This document shows, one piece after another, positions 37,269 through 50,810 of a DNA stretch of 64,000 nt (its first letter is position 1; each line of letters starts with the position of its first letter). The notes under the pieces were generated by a model. The model saw only the letters and a list, made by a program, of their open reading frames with translations. It was not told where the DNA came from and ran no database searches. The DNA is from Rhina ancylostomus (lineage: Eukaryota). The stretch lies in the NCBI GenBank assembly GCA_030265395.1, contig JARFYF010000022.1:32880700-32944699 (forward strand). The letters are read 5' to 3'. The translations under genes were made by a program, and so were the position numbers.

Positions 37269-39098
37269 TTAGGCTGCTGCTTTTGTTTGCCAACCTTTTG
37301 CAGTTCGATTGAAGTCCTTAAGTTCTTCATCATCAATAGCTTTGCGATGCAACCCTGATTCAATCAATGTGCTACTAATCCTCTTCAATGGACCTTGAGC
37401 TGCTTCTTTTAACTTTCTGGCATCAAATCGAGGCCTAAAAAGTAGAAGAGGCAGACGACAACCAAACCATGTTTTCTGTTGTGTTTGTCCGGATTTCTCC
37501 AAACCTGGTTCCTGTTGGTCTGGTCTGCTTGCCTCTGTCAAATGCTCTTTCCATGCAAACATTTGATACAGCATCGCATCCCACATCTTATTNNNNNNNN
37601 NNNNNNNNNNNNNNNGAGACCCTTGTTTCCCGTCTTCTGCCTTCCTTTGATTCTGCTTTTGTAATTCTGACTCTGACAGTTCTGGCTGTGGTTCTGGCTC
37701 CGGAAATTTTGGTGGCTCTTCTTCCACCACCATATGTTTCTTGAGACGAGTCCAACCACTTATCTTGCTTCTTGGAGGTTTAATCCTGTCAGCAGATTTC
37801 AGTTGAGGTGCTGCTTTTGGAAATGATTTCACTTCTTCATGGTTAGTTGTTTTAGCAACAGAGTTAGATGGCCTGGGTTCAGTTTCTACTTTGTCTTTCT
37901 CTATGGTAGTCATCACTATATGGTGGATTTCCACATTGGTACCAGCAGTGCCAAATGTAAGAGCATCGTTTTGCATGGCTGAGACATCACAAGCCTTTCT
38001 TGTGAAGTTCTCTTGAGGCACATCGTGTGTAAAGGTCTTTTTGCTTGGAATTTCAAAGTTTGGAGTCTCCCACCTCGGAGGCTCGTAGGTGGGAGTCTTT
38101 GTCCTTGGAGGCTCGTAGGTGGGCGTCTCTGTCCTCGGAGGCTCGTAGGTGGGCGTCTTCATCCTCGGAGGCTCGTAGGTGGGCGTCTTCGTCCTCGGAG
38201 GCTCGTAGGTGGGAGTCTCTGTCCTCGGAGGCTCGTAGGTGGGCGTCTACGTCCTCGGAGGCTCGTAGGTGGGCGTCTTCGTCCTCGGAGGCTCGTAGGT
38301 GGGCGTCTTCGTCCTCGGAGGCTCNNNNNNNNNNNNNNNNNNNNNNNNNNNNNNNNNNNNNNNNNNNNNNNNNNNNNNNNNNNNNNNNNNNNNNNNNNNN
38401 NNNNNNNNNNNNNNNNNNNNNNNNNNNNNNNNNNNNNNNNNNNNNNNNNNNNNNNNNNNNNNNNNNNNNNNNNNNNNNNNNNNAGATTCAACTTTGGAAA
38501 TGTTTGCACTGGTAACCTCTGTGCCAGGCTGTGTATGAAAGCTTGGGGAAAATCGCGGTGGTATTGCAAGCATTGGCGATTGTGGTTTTTTGCTACTCGG
38601 TTGAACCGTTGAAATGAAGAACGTCTTTACAGGAACCATGGGCTGCAGTAGTTGACCAGGGACCTGGTTCTGAGGTTCAGCTGGTATCTGCGGTCCACTT
38701 ATCTGTGTCTTAGGGAGAATCTCTATTTTGCCCTTGTAAAATGTTTTACGAATAGGAAATAGACTTACGCCATGCGTTGGGGTTACTGTTGTCGGATATT
38801 TTCTGAGAGGCAGCAAAGGAGCTGTTAGGGATTGAGGAGATCGAGTCCGGCATTCACACTGCTCTGGATCAGGACTAGCCTCGCTAACAGGAGACAGGCA
38901 AGCCCGGAAGGGTTTAGATGGGTACGAGTGGGGCTTATCTGATCCATCCTCGGGTTGTAACGATATTTCTGCAACTTGCCGTTTTGCAATCCGCTTCAAG
39001 ATTTTTTGTAACCTCGCATTGTCTTTGTTGGGCTTTGGTGCCAGAGGTGGAGGTGGCGTGGGCCGCGGAGAAACACAGTGGTGCATGGCCATTAACAT
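37269..39098 (-). CDS. PRR33: Proline-rich protein 33; single coding exon with two N-gaps, an internal 10-aa repeat and one in-frame TAG at 38247-38249
   Basis: The N-terminus [22 protein letters not shown] and C-terminal blocks [18 protein letters not shown] and [16 protein letters not shown] match recalled PRR33 motifs. ORFs 38247-39155 and 37269-38162 share one frame. A minus-strand acceptor (ttgtgtttcAG, 39108-39109) lies 9 nt before the ATG. Position and strand match human LSP1-PRR33. Confidence 0.88.
38062..38324 (-). repeat. 30-bp coding minisatellite (unit gtcctcggaggctcgtaggtgggcgtcttc), 8 full units plus a partial one, running into the N-gap
   Basis: Directly visible period of 30; encodes TPTYEPPRT(K/E). 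Confidence 0.97.
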
Positions 39099-39357
39099 TT
39101 TAATTCCCTGAAACACAATGAAAGAAAACTTAATTCCATTGTGATTTGATATCACACACTGCCAATTCAGTTGAGTATCTCAGAAGAAGAATCTCATGCT
39201 GGATCCTTTCCTGTGGTCTAATTAACAGGACAGACTCGAGGCTGAATGGCCAGTCCTGTTGTGTGTTGGCTACGGCAGAGACGTCTGCACTTCTCAACAC
39301 ATAAGGCAATGAAGTGCTGATCATTCTAATTGTACACATCCACAACATCATGGGTAA

Positions 39358-39990
39358 GATAAGAACATGAGGAGTAGAACCTGGGAGAGGCCCTTTCAGT
39401 TCCTCACACCTACTATGTAACCTCAGTGCCACTCTCCTGTACCTAGCCCATTCCCTTGATTCCCTTAATATCCAAAAATTGTTTTGATTTCTGTCTGGAA
39501 TTTACTCAATGACTGTGCTTCCACAGCCCATTTAGTTAGAGAATTCCAGAGCCACACTACCCTCCTGATGAAGAAATTTTTTATCTCAGCTCTGCATGGC
39601 CTTACTTTAAGAATGTGATCCTGGTTCTGGACACCCCAGCCAGGGGAAGCATCAACCCTGCCAAGTTCCAGAAAAGTGAAATTACCTCTTATTAAACTAA
39701 GAGAAAAGAAGCCCTATCACAGGACAAACCCCCATCCCAGCAACCAATCAGATGAATATTTGTTGCTTTCCCTCTATTGCAAATAAATTCCTCTTTATTT
39801 TTTATAGAGACCAAACACATACACAACGTTCCAGGTTCAGTCTCACCAAGGCCATTTACAACTTTGGGAGGATATCTTTATTCTTGCATTTGAATCCCCA
39901 TGCAATAAAGACCAGTATACTATTTGAATTTCTACTTGCCTACTGTAGCTGCACATTAACTTTCAGAGATTGTTGTACTGAACACCAACA
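39358..39990 (-). mobile_element. Older CR1 3' fragment
   Basis: (ataaga) tail, gagaattccaga...gaagaaattt, ccaggttcagtctcaccaaggcc. Confidence 0.7.
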
Positions 39991-40889
39991 TGTTTCAATC
40001 TTATATGATTTTTAAAAAAAACTGCATTTCTTTTTTCCACCAAGGTGGATGTAATCCCTTTTTTCTTATTATATTCCAGCTGCTATATCATCAANNNNNN
40101 NNNNNNNNNNNNNNNNNNNNNNNNNNNNNNNNNNNNNNNNNNNNNNNNNNNNNNNNNNNNNNNNNNNNNNNNNNNNNNNNNNNNNNNNNNNNNNNNNNNN
40201 NNNNNNNNNNNNNNNNNNNNNNNNNNNNNNNNNNNNNNNNNNNNNNNNNNNNNNNNNNNNNNNNNNNNNNNNNNNNNNNNNNNNNNNNNNNNNNNNNNNN
40301 NNNNNNNNNNNNNNNNNNNNNNNNNNNNNNNNNNNNNNNNNNNNNNNNNNNNNNNNNNNNNNNNNNNNNNNNNNNNNNNNNNNNNNNNNNNNNNNNNNNN
40401 NNNNNNNNNNNNNNNNNNNNNNNNNNNNNNNNNNNNNNGTCATACAGTGTGAGGGAGGGGAAAGGGCTGTGACTGATTAGCCCTAATTTACTGTTGACTG
40501 ATCATTGCATTCCATTAACTATGGCAAAGGAAGAGTCCACACTCCAATTATTCTGCTGCAATGGCAAGTTTTGTCATTATCAGGTTAATGAGAAGTACAA
40601 AATTGTTAGAAGAACAGGGTGGGAGATTTGGAATGTGCTATAGAATCGGGCATGGGCTGAATGGTCTCACTGTATACTGCAAATGACTGTGATTCCATTT
40701 TGGTTGTTAGTGGCCATGTTTTTACAGCACTATCGGTAATTTGTGTGACAAAATACTGCCTGGGCTGAAGCCGAAAATGTTAGTGAAGGAAAGGGTCTGC
40801 ACTTTGGGTGTATGCGTACTTTGTAACTGTAAATTACAACAGAGCAAACATAAAGCTCAAATACACCAAGTAACTCCTGAAAGGGAAGG

Positions 40890-41150
40890 GGCTTGAAATG
40901 ATGCAGCTCCTTAACCAACACTGGAGTCCTAACAGCACTGGAGAAACCAAACACAAATTGGGTGACTGCTTTCTGGAGAACCTGAGTGTAGTCTGCAAGC
41001 ATGACTCTGAACTCTTTGTTACTGCCACTTTAATTCTCCATCCCACTCCCATGCTGGCCCTTCAGCTTGTGGTTATGGCAGTGCTATAACAAGGCCTAAT
41101 TGAAACATGAGGAACAGTTCCTCATCTTCCATTCTGCCAGTTTGATCATT
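40890..41150 (+). mobile_element. Penelope-like element GIY-YIG endonuclease remnant
   Basis: Translates as GETKHKLGDCFLENL...(H)FN and LKHEEQFLIF, compared with PLE GETKRRLGDRFAEH...HFN...LEEQHLIF. A PLE-type terminal sequence follows the gap at 41950-42065. Confidence 0.7.
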
Positions 41151-42811
41151 CACATGCTGGTTCCTGCCATTGTTGCAGATGNNNNNNNNNNNNNNNNNNN
41201 NNNNNNNNNNNNNNNNNNNNNNNNNNNNNNNNNNNNNNNNNNNNNNNNNNNNNNNNNNNNNNNNNNNNNNNNNNNNNNNNNNNNNNNNNNNNNNNNNNNN
41301 NNNNNNNNNNNNNNNNNNNNNNNNNNNNNNNNNNNNNNNNNNNNNNNNNNNNNNNNNNNNNNNNNNNNNNNNNNNNNNNNNNNNNNNNNNNNNNNNNNNN
41401 NNNNNNNNNNNNNNNNNNNNNNNNNNNNNNNNNNNNNNNNNNNNNNNNNNNNNNNNNNNNNNNNNNNNNNNNNNNNNNNNNNNNNNNNNNNNNNNNNNNN
41501 NNNNNNNNNNNNNNNNNNNNNNNNNNNNNNNNNNNNNNNNNNNNNNNNNNNNNNNNNNNNNNNNNNNNNNNNNNNNNNNNNNNNNNNNNNNNNNNNNNNN
41601 NNNNNNNNNNNNNNNNNNNNNNNNNNNNNNNNNNNNNNNNNNNNNNNNNNNNNNNNNNNNNNNNNNNNNNNNNNNNNNNNNNNNNNNNNNNNNNNNNNNN
41701 NNNNNNNNNNNNNNNNNNNNNNNNNNNNNNNNNNNNNNNNNNNNNNNNNNNNNNNNNNNNNNNNNNNNNNNNNNNNNNNNNNNNNNNNNNNNNNNNNNNN
41801 NNNNNNNNNNNNNNNNNNNNNNNNNNNNNNNNNNNNNNNNNNNNNNNNNNNNNNNNNNNNNNNNNNNNNNNNNNNNNNNNNNNNNNNNNNNNNNNNNNNN
41901 NNNNNNNNNNNNNNNNNNNNNNNNNCCTTCTTTGCACTTTTTTTTTCTCTTTTCCATTTCTGACGAAGAGTCTTCAATTTGAACTGTTAACTTTGTTTCT
42001 CTTTCCACAGATGCTGCCTGACCTGCTGAGTGTTTACAGCATTTTCTGTTTTTATTTTAGATTTTCATCAGCTGAAATTGATTGATTTTCACTTATAGAG
42101 ACCCCCTCCTTGCAGTGTGTAGTGGTTGACAGTTTCTGAGCCAACTCTTTACAGCATGACAACTGCCCGTTGATTTAATTCGCACCACAAGCAGTGCGTG
42201 TAAGGTTAGATGTCAGCAGGAAGGATCATTACTTCTATCCTTCTGCCAGCGTCTCATAATTTAGAGGGCTAATCCAGGCCATTATGCAGAGTCAGCCATT
42301 CTTGTCCCCTCCTTACTTCACTCCAGAGTTCAACTAGTATAAGATAGCTACACAACGCTCCCCAGAAAAAGAACAGGGTAATGTGCAAGTCAGCAGCATG
42401 CAATGCAACTAACTTTAATAGATAGAAGTTACAGTAGCTTACTGTTTATGGGAATGGTGAAGTGTTTCTTGATGAGAATTCTGCTAGAAGTTAATGCTCC
42501 CAATGTTCAGTACCTTTCGTAGAATATCGATCCTATTTGGGATGGAACACAACTATGTGCTGAGAAAGTGATTACAGTTGAATAATTTGATAATGAAAAA
42601 TAACCCCTTATCCTCTGTTGGTTTGGCGTAGTGTTCAAGGAAGAAAGTATTTTTTTTGCTGAACTTTAATATATCATTGGGCCTTGGCTGGTATTCCAAG
42701 CATTAGGCAAGATTTCAGGGTCATGAAGAGGATGCAAAAGAAACTTCCCATTATAGTACAGTGAATAAAATACATCAGTTAGGTGGCAAAATTAAAGCAG
42801 ATAGAATTTGG

Positions 42812-43098
42812 TCAACACAATGGCACATCCAATGGAGTGCTTCCTCACAACTCCAGTGACCCTCCACTCCTGACCATCAGTGCCGTCTATGTGGTGTTTG
42901 AGTGTTCTCCCTGTTACTACGCGGTATCCTCTGAGTGCTCGGGTTTCCTTCCCACACTGAAAACACGTGCCACTGTAAATTGTCCCTAATGTGTGGGTGA
43001 GTGGTAGAATCTGGAAGTTAGTGGTGAGAATAAAGTGGCATTCATGTTAAAGGTTGTGGATGGTTGATAAGACACATGTTTCCAGGCTGTGTGACTGA
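42812..43098 (+). mobile_element. Degraded V-SINE
   Basis: V-domain remnant gtgttctccctg...gggtttccttcccaca and tgtaaattgtccctaatgtgt. Confidence 0.65.
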
Positions 43099-45529
43099 GA
43101 ATTGTTCAGTTTATATGGAGAGNNNNNNNNNNAGAGATGTTTTGGTATGAGAGACGAGATGCAGTAAGCAAAGGATACAGGTTTAAAACGATTATCAAAA
43201 GACCTAGAGAGTGTTGAGGGGAATTTTAACGCATCGTCTGTAAATGTGCTAAAATCAGATTCAACAATAACTTTGAAAAATGATTACATACGTGAAATGG
43301 AAAACTTTGCAGGGCTGTAGGTTAGGAATAGATGGGCCTTATGGAAAGCTCATCAAACAGAAGATGTTTATTGTAGAACAAGATCTCAAAAATCTGAGAT
43401 GAATGACCAGTTAATTTCTTCTGAGCTGCATTAGTTGAAGAATTCAACAGCTTGTCTGTCACACACACCAGGGCAGTAGGTGGTGTTCTTTGGAGGCTGG
43501 AGTTACAGTACATAAATGGAACATGCTTTATTTTTGCATGTGGAATATTATATCCAACTTAGGAGTGCCATCACTGAGATTTTGATTCCAAAGCAAAACA
43601 ATGTTTTAGTGCTTGGCACAAGTATCACACAAAACTGAATCGAAAATAGTCATAATTCAAAACATGTACAATATACAATAATTTCCCTTTCTTTCGTTCT
43701 CAGCTGCAGTTGAAGATTACAGTAAGAATATTGAAGAACTGGAGCCAACAAATGGACCAAGAGCAGTTGAGCTTACTAATTTTATATATTAATTTTTGTA
43801 CCTATAAACTTGTTATTGTCACTTATATCATCATTATGTCTTTCACCACTGATTCTGCATTAGTTTAGAGAGCATATGTATCTGAAGAATAGAAACCATT
43901 CACTGAAAGGTGGTGTGAAGATGCATATCTAACATGGGGCAAAATAGCCCTGGTTCAAGGACCACATCTTATTCCATTTCCACTATCCTGCTGATCGTTA
44001 GATAGTTGAGAAGATCCATTTATTGCTCCAGTCTCTGCTGTAGACAGTAGAAATAACATACATACACACACACAAACACACACAACACGCTTTTCCAAGA
44101 GAGCTCCTATGTTGTTCATTCTTTTCCAATGTTATATTTTAAAAATGTCTGTGGAACAAAACCTTTTTATCCTGAATTTGTGCTGTTGTTATAAGGTAAC
44201 GGATCTAAGCCATTGTTGTATCTCCTTGGAAATGGCGTCACCATTGAGCCCAAGTCCATTTTAATCTTATGATGTTAGATTGTATACTTAGTATTGACAC
44301 AGTTTGCCTCGGATGAATGCTGTACTTGCACTAGCATGTCCATTAAAAACTGCTCACTTCCTTTGGTCCTCAGCATTGTTTGCAAAACCTCATTTACAAT
44401 AGATATCATTTGTCAATAATCTGGAATATGCTTCAATCCACATAATCTTTAGACAACTTGATTAATGAATTTGTTGTTAACACTCTCCCATTCCCATTTG
44501 ATATAGTTTTAAACAACTTGAGGATCTACATTGCTGTATGCACAGCTATGAAGCTTTTGCTTGGAATGGTGAGAGTATTTGAAATTGGATGACGTATTGA
44601 CTAATGTAATTCTAAGAAAGATCTTGCAATTACCAGCATCAGAAGAGGAACAGCTGACCAGTATTGATTAGCACTCCAGAGGTTCCAAATGGGTTGCTGG
44701 TTATTTAGAAAACATAGGAATACATTGTGGATATGGCAAATCTGGCAAATAAAACATTGCTGGACTATTGTGATAGAGCAATATGTGCATGTGATGTGCA
44801 AGTAAAAAAAATTGTTCTAAATTCCTAAGTCATTTATCTGGTTCTCTTCTACATTTCTGATCATATTAATGAAACTGTCTGCTGTTAATAATCACTATTC
44901 TTTCAATGTTAAAATGTGCTGTGTTTCAATAAATAGCATACTACAATTATTACTCAATTTTGCCACAGCTTTCATCAGGCAAATGGTTTTGCTTTTGCAA
45001 TAACGTATATATGTTGTGCAATTTTGTGAAATTGCTTAAATTACACAGCATATCATAACTTTCAGCTCAATGTGTAAATAGAACAAAGTTACTGCCACAA
45101 TTAGAATCAAATTGCTTTATATTGGATCTTTATATTCAACTACTGTACCTAGAAATCTATTCCATATATTTATTACTCTCTTTGAAAAGAGCCTCCTGAT
45201 ATCTGTTAAATCTGCCTTTCACTAATTTGAACCTCTACTACATTGTCCAACCACGTTCAACTTGAACAGTTGTTCCAGATTTAACCAATATATCTAGGAT
45301 CAAAACATATNNNNNNNNNNNNNNNNNNNNNNNNNNNNNNNNNNNNNNNNNNNNNNNNNNNNNNNNNNNNNNNNNNNNNNNNNNNNNNNNNNNNNNNNNN
45401 NNNNNNNNNNNNNNNNNNNNNNNNNNNNNNNNNNNNNNNNNNNNNNNNNNNTATACAATGAGTGGTAAATGTTGAGCCAACCTTCCCAAGTCATGTTTAA
45501 CAACTGCCAACCTTTTTATTCCTTTATAT

Positions 45530-45800
45530 AGAGCAGCACAGTGAGGCTGCAGCTATTGCACCTGTCTAATAACTCCAGAGACTCAGGTTCAATTCTGACC
45601 TCAAGTGCAATTTGAGTGGAGTTAGCTCGTTCTCCCTGTGACCATGTGGTATTCCTCCAGACATCCTGATTTCCTCCCACATCCCAATTACCCCTCATGT
45701 AGGTAGGCAGTCGGAGAATCATTGGAGTGGAATTGATAGAATTGCTCTGAGACCAGGATAGACTCAGTGGGCTAAATGGCTTCCTTCCATATCATATGGA
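45530..45800 (+). mobile_element. Degraded V-SINE
   Basis: gcagcacagtg head, ggttcaattc B box, gttctccctgtgacc...tttcctcccacatccc. Confidence 0.7.
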
Positions 45801-48402
45801 AATGTGATAAATTTAAGTGCTGTATGCTGAAGTTTGAATGACGTAGTAAGTACTGTAGATGGGAGCAGAAAGTTGTGAACGTGCATTGATTGATTGAATG
45901 AGTGTGATAAATGAAGTTCACTAGGAAAGTGTGAGGTTGTCCATATTAGACACAAATGGGAGTGAACAGAGTATTTTTCTAAATAGTAAAAGACACAGAA
46001 TTCTGAGGGAGTAGAGAGAGATAAGGGTTCAAGCACCAAAATCACAAAAAAAAATTACAATGGGCTTTTAAATTTTCTCATAATGTTAAACTTTATCTCA
46101 AGGATACTGGACTACAATTGTAAAATACTGCTTAAATACAATCATTTCTGGGTCCAGGAAGCCTTGAATGCTTAATTGGCTTTGATATATATTGGAGAGG
46201 GTGAGGGTAAAACTCTGGTTCATTACCTGGTTTAAATGTGTTAAATTATAAGAAAAGGCTTGCATGCTTTGGATATCGAAGATTACAACATAATTGAGAT
46301 GCTTGAGATCAGATAGATGAGATGAAGAGAAACACTGGGAAAGTCTAGGACCACGGGTTATACCCTTAAGTCAAAGCTTGATGTGCCAGGGATGAGTAGG
46401 AAACTGTTAACTATGCACTTAAAATCAGAACACTCTTCAAAAGCCTAATGTAATCAAGTCAAGTGGGAAGCTTAAAATCTAAAATAGATTTGGTCATGAT
46501 GTTACAGGACATGGAGCAAAAACGAGTAAATGAAGATGAAGTAAAAATCACCCATCAGCTAATCAACCATTGGAACCTTTTCAAGGGACTGAGTGGCTTT
46601 CCTTTGTTCCTTTCAGTTCTAAATTATAGCCATAGTATAACTCCACCTCAGTGGAGGAAGGAGTTGTGCACTCTGTGTGCCAACAATTTGTTCATGCCAT
46701 TTTCAGACCAGATTTAGGGCACATCCTGAGGGCCTACCAGAGGTCTGAAGCTTGTTCAAAATCGCCCTAGCCATCAAGAACAGTGATACGCTGCAGCCAA
46801 TGGTGCAGCTTCCAAAGGCAGCTTATTGGTCACTACCGGGCTGGAGCTACAAGTAATAGTCCCATTGCCTCCCTGCTCCACATAAGATTTTGGCCATATC
46901 CTTTAGTTATACCATCATACCACAGGCAACATCAGTGCATTCAGTAAGGTGGGGGCAGGGAAACACACTGCTTTGAAAAACACATTCTGGAGGCTTTGCT
47001 TTAACATTTAATTGCAACAGTATTCTGTTTAATGTGAAAGTGAGCTTGTTTTGTATACTACTGTCATGAACAAAAGTAAGATATCTGTTTGAGAAGGAAA
47101 TTGGATTTATTGTAGCAATTGATGGTTTTATTAAATGTAATGTTTGGCCTAATGTGATGTTGTCCTTTCTTTCATTTGCTATGAACATATTTCACTTTGC
47201 ATAGAATGGAACGTAACATGCATTCATAATACAGCTCCCCACAGTATCTCCCAATTGCATATAGAGAACCAAAGAAATTATTCTAATAGGGGAGGTTAGC
47301 CTCACCCTGGAAATGTTCTCAAAAATGTTTAAAAGCAGCTAAACTTCAGTGAGGTTGCTTGTCTAGTCCAGACTGGTTTGGAAAAGAAATGTAATAACTC
47401 CACTACCTAGTAATATATTTAGCCCCTGATATTTGAGTGACATCTTATGGACTTGCTATCCTATTCGATTTGAACAGCAGGCAAGACACTTTAGCATTGT
47501 GCTGAAGCTTTTTTTCATTCCTTAGTTAACACTTGGTAGTTCATTAGCAGGATTGCATGCTTACTGAGGTTACTCCTATTGGTCGGAGAAATTTACGGGA
47601 CATTTTAGCCCACTTTGCCCCTGGCTCTTTAAAAGAATCCTTGTGACTCTAGTTTTGGCTCATAACCTCAAACTCATTCTCAGGTATTTGTAACACCCTT
47701 TGCATTTCCCCAATTCTGGATCTTTAGTGACGCTCTGAAAATTGACAGCTCTTCTGCATCCAAATTTCAAGAATGAATGTGGTAAATGAGTATCAGCAAA
47801 CTGCTGTAATGTGGAAAATGTTCTTACCTCACCGGGTCCACTGCCAAGAAAGCATCCACTTTCCTGGGGTGGATATGGAGGGCCTGTCTCACTCCTGGGT
47901 CAAGCAGTGAGGTCCAGACAATAACTGGGCTCTGGGCAGCAAGATGTAGAGGCCTTGCCTGTAAAGTGCCTCCAATAGTCTCCAGAAGAAGGCAGAGTCA
48001 GTGAAGGAGATCTAACAGCTCTGAACATTGTGAAGAATCTCCATGATTTTAAAAAAATATTTCTGATATTCAAATATTTAAAATATAAAACAGAAAAAAT
48101 AAAGTTTTTAAAGTGTGTTAGTTACATATATACATTTATAATGAAAAGTATTAAGCCAAACAAAACCTCTTTTCTCTTCTAATCCACGGGTCTGGAATTC
48201 CTACTGAAATCAATGGGGTCTTAGTTCTGAGTGGTAATTTTCCCAGCATAGTACTGGACAATCCGAGTAAAGCTGGGCACCACCATTGGACTCCACATGG
48301 GGTAGAGGCCGAGCACAGTGATGGAAGTGGCACCATCTATCATTCAGTAAATCCCAAACTGTCACAGTTGAAAGCATATGCTACCATTAAATGATTGAGC
48401 AC

Positions 48403-48571
48403 ATAGAGGCATTTAAAGGGTTCTTAGATAGGCACAAGAATGTGCAGAGAATGGAGGGATAGAGGCATTGTATTGGCAGAAGGGATTAGTTTAGTTAGCC
48501 ATTTAATTACTAGTTTAATTAGTTCGGCATAACTTCATGGACTTAAGGGCCTGTGTCGTACTGTTCTATGT
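48403..48571 (+). mobile_element. CR1 3' tail
   Basis: gcatttaaagggttcttagataggcac...aagggcctgtgtcgtactgttctatg. Confidence 0.78.
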
Positions 48572-50772
48572 AAGTGCTGGCAGAAGGCAGAGGAATCATA
48601 TCCAATGTGATTCACATTTTTATTTGACCTAAACATTGGCACTTTCAAGTGGCACAGCCATTGTCAATGGAAAGGGGGAATCTGGATATATTTATCACCA
48701 ACTCTTGGTGATAGAACTCATGAGGTCTATAATTAACACAACATAGAAATGGAATTGCCCTTCTGTTCTTGAGCATTTTGTACACATCACAAAAAGAAGG
48801 AATATCAATCTAAACAATAAAACGGTAACTAATGAGATTTAACATGAAGGCACTAAGTGTCATCGTCCTTTCCACTGCAGCTTGCAGGCTACGGATGGAG
48901 CTCTATTAGTGAATTCTATGGAAACACAAAAGCACCATTTCTGTTATCCAATAAAAAGGTAAGAGTCTGTTCTGGGGAAATAAATGGTGACGGGTGCCCA
49001 AGTTATGGATTTGTGCTACAGTGTATTCTTTCTTTATATGAATATTCTGGTCCTGTACTGATAAAGCTGGATTGCCATGAACTTGCCTGGAATAACAAGG
49101 GTCAACTCTTCTGGCTGGTGTACTGTGCTGAGGAGGACTCTTTATATTCCCAAAACCCAATATCAGCATCAATCACTTCCAGCACAGGAAAATCTCCCGT
49201 CTACCCGACAGTAGAATTCACTCATTGCACCTAGAATGAGACTCCCTATAGGTATGTCTTTTCTTATCTTCTACTGTCTGAGATATTTAAGTGCCATTGC
49301 CATGTCAGTGCTGTGCTGTAGACTATTTTGAGTGTTGCACATCCTTATGTGCAGAATTCAAACTGAATATGCTGCCTTCTGTCTGGAAAATGAGTAGCTT
49401 TTACACCTCCATCGACTAACATGTATGCTGTGTTTTTAATAAAAAGCCATGAATTATATTTAAATTGATGCTCTATTGACCATATGTATTATGCTGGATT
49501 TAATCCATTTACATTTCCTGTGCTGATTAAATACATTATAGTAATACAATCTTGTATTTTGTTACAACCTCCATGAGGATGTATTGCTGCTATGTTAAGA
49601 AATACTTACAACTTTTCAGCCTTTCCAAAGATAACCATGCATGTTTTTTCTTACCATTTGATTAGACTATTTTATAAATGTTATGGCGATGTACTCCCAT
49701 TTGCCATTGGTAACTTCTGAACACAGAGGAAGTCTCTATCATTCAGTGGGAATCATGATGCACCAAGTCATGCCTAAAAGTAAAGATGGAATTAATTATA
49801 CTTGCATAATTCACAGGCATACCCTTAAAATGCCTCAAAGATAAAGAACGTTTGCAGCAAATTTAATAGTTTTTTAAGAAGTTTGCTGATGTTGGAAATC
49901 TGAAACTACAAAAGAAAATGCAGAAAATATTCCGCAGGTTAGGTAGCATATATGGAAAGAGAAATAGAGTAAATCTTTCAGGTCAAAAACCCTTTGTCAA
50001 AACTGGGAAATAGAAGATACACATTGCTGACATAGAGTTTGACTAACCAGTGTAAAGAATAATGCAGGAATCATGAAAAAGAGATGCAGATTTGAGATGG
50101 GACTTCAAGTATAGTGTTGGGCTTAAAAAATATTTTAACTTTTGATTAAACTTGAATTGCATCTAACCCAGAGTCCCTGATCTTAATATTTGCATGCAAT
50201 CTATTCCCCAGTGCTAATGTCCCATGCCATACTAGGTCAAAAATTCAATTGTTTTAGAGAAAAAAGGGATTTTCCAATGTTAATTACATACATATTAATG
50301 CAGTCATACTAAATCCATCTACCATTTTAATAAAAGTTAAGTCTATTCAAATATCTAAAAGGGAGTTTACTATCAAAAAAATTCAGTTTTAAGATACTGA
50401 GAATCTGATGACTATCCAGAGAGTTTTATAACTGTTTTATGGCTATTATCTGTCTGTTATATTGAGATTACATCACTACACTGCAGCACATTAAAGCATT
50501 ACAAGAGGCTATCCAAAAAATACAAGGTATTGATCGTATTAATTGCATTTGGTAACCACAAATTAGTTTTAAAAAAATCATGCTGAAAATGCTAAGCAAG
50601 ACGAGCAGCATGTGTGGAGGGAGAAACAGAGTTAACTTTTCATATTGATGACCTTTCTTCACAATTCCAATGGATGGATATCAACCCAAAATGTTAATTC
50701 TGATTCTCTCTCCACAAATTCTGCCAGATCTACTGAATATTTTCAGCATTGTTGGCCCTGGGTGAGGGCACT

Positions 50773-50810
50773 GATCCTACCAGTGGATTTCTTATCCTAC
50801 CAGTGGATTT
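50773..50810. repeat. Tandem duplication of atcctaccagtggattt (period 20)
   Basis: Directly visible. Confidence 0.85.

Noticed and set aside
38071-38324. Regular 30-bp repeats as a CRISPR array
   Set aside because: Head-to-tail units with no unique spacers, in a vertebrate coding exon.
38013-38612. Plus-strand repetitive ORFs ([10 protein letters not shown] / SSSEARRWA)
   Set aside because: Antisense shadows of the PRR33 minisatellite; the conserved protein motifs are on the minus strand.
39099-39155. PRR33 start at 39155 as given in the ORF track
   Set aside because: This is a non-ATG start that runs through a polypyrimidine tract and AG acceptor; the first ATG in the exon is at 39098.
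47828-47959. Possible minus-strand 5'UTR exon of PRR33 (two good donors near 47823-47833)
   Set aside because: The acceptor (ctttacag) has a poor pyrimidine tract and there is no other support; cannot be distinguished from chance.
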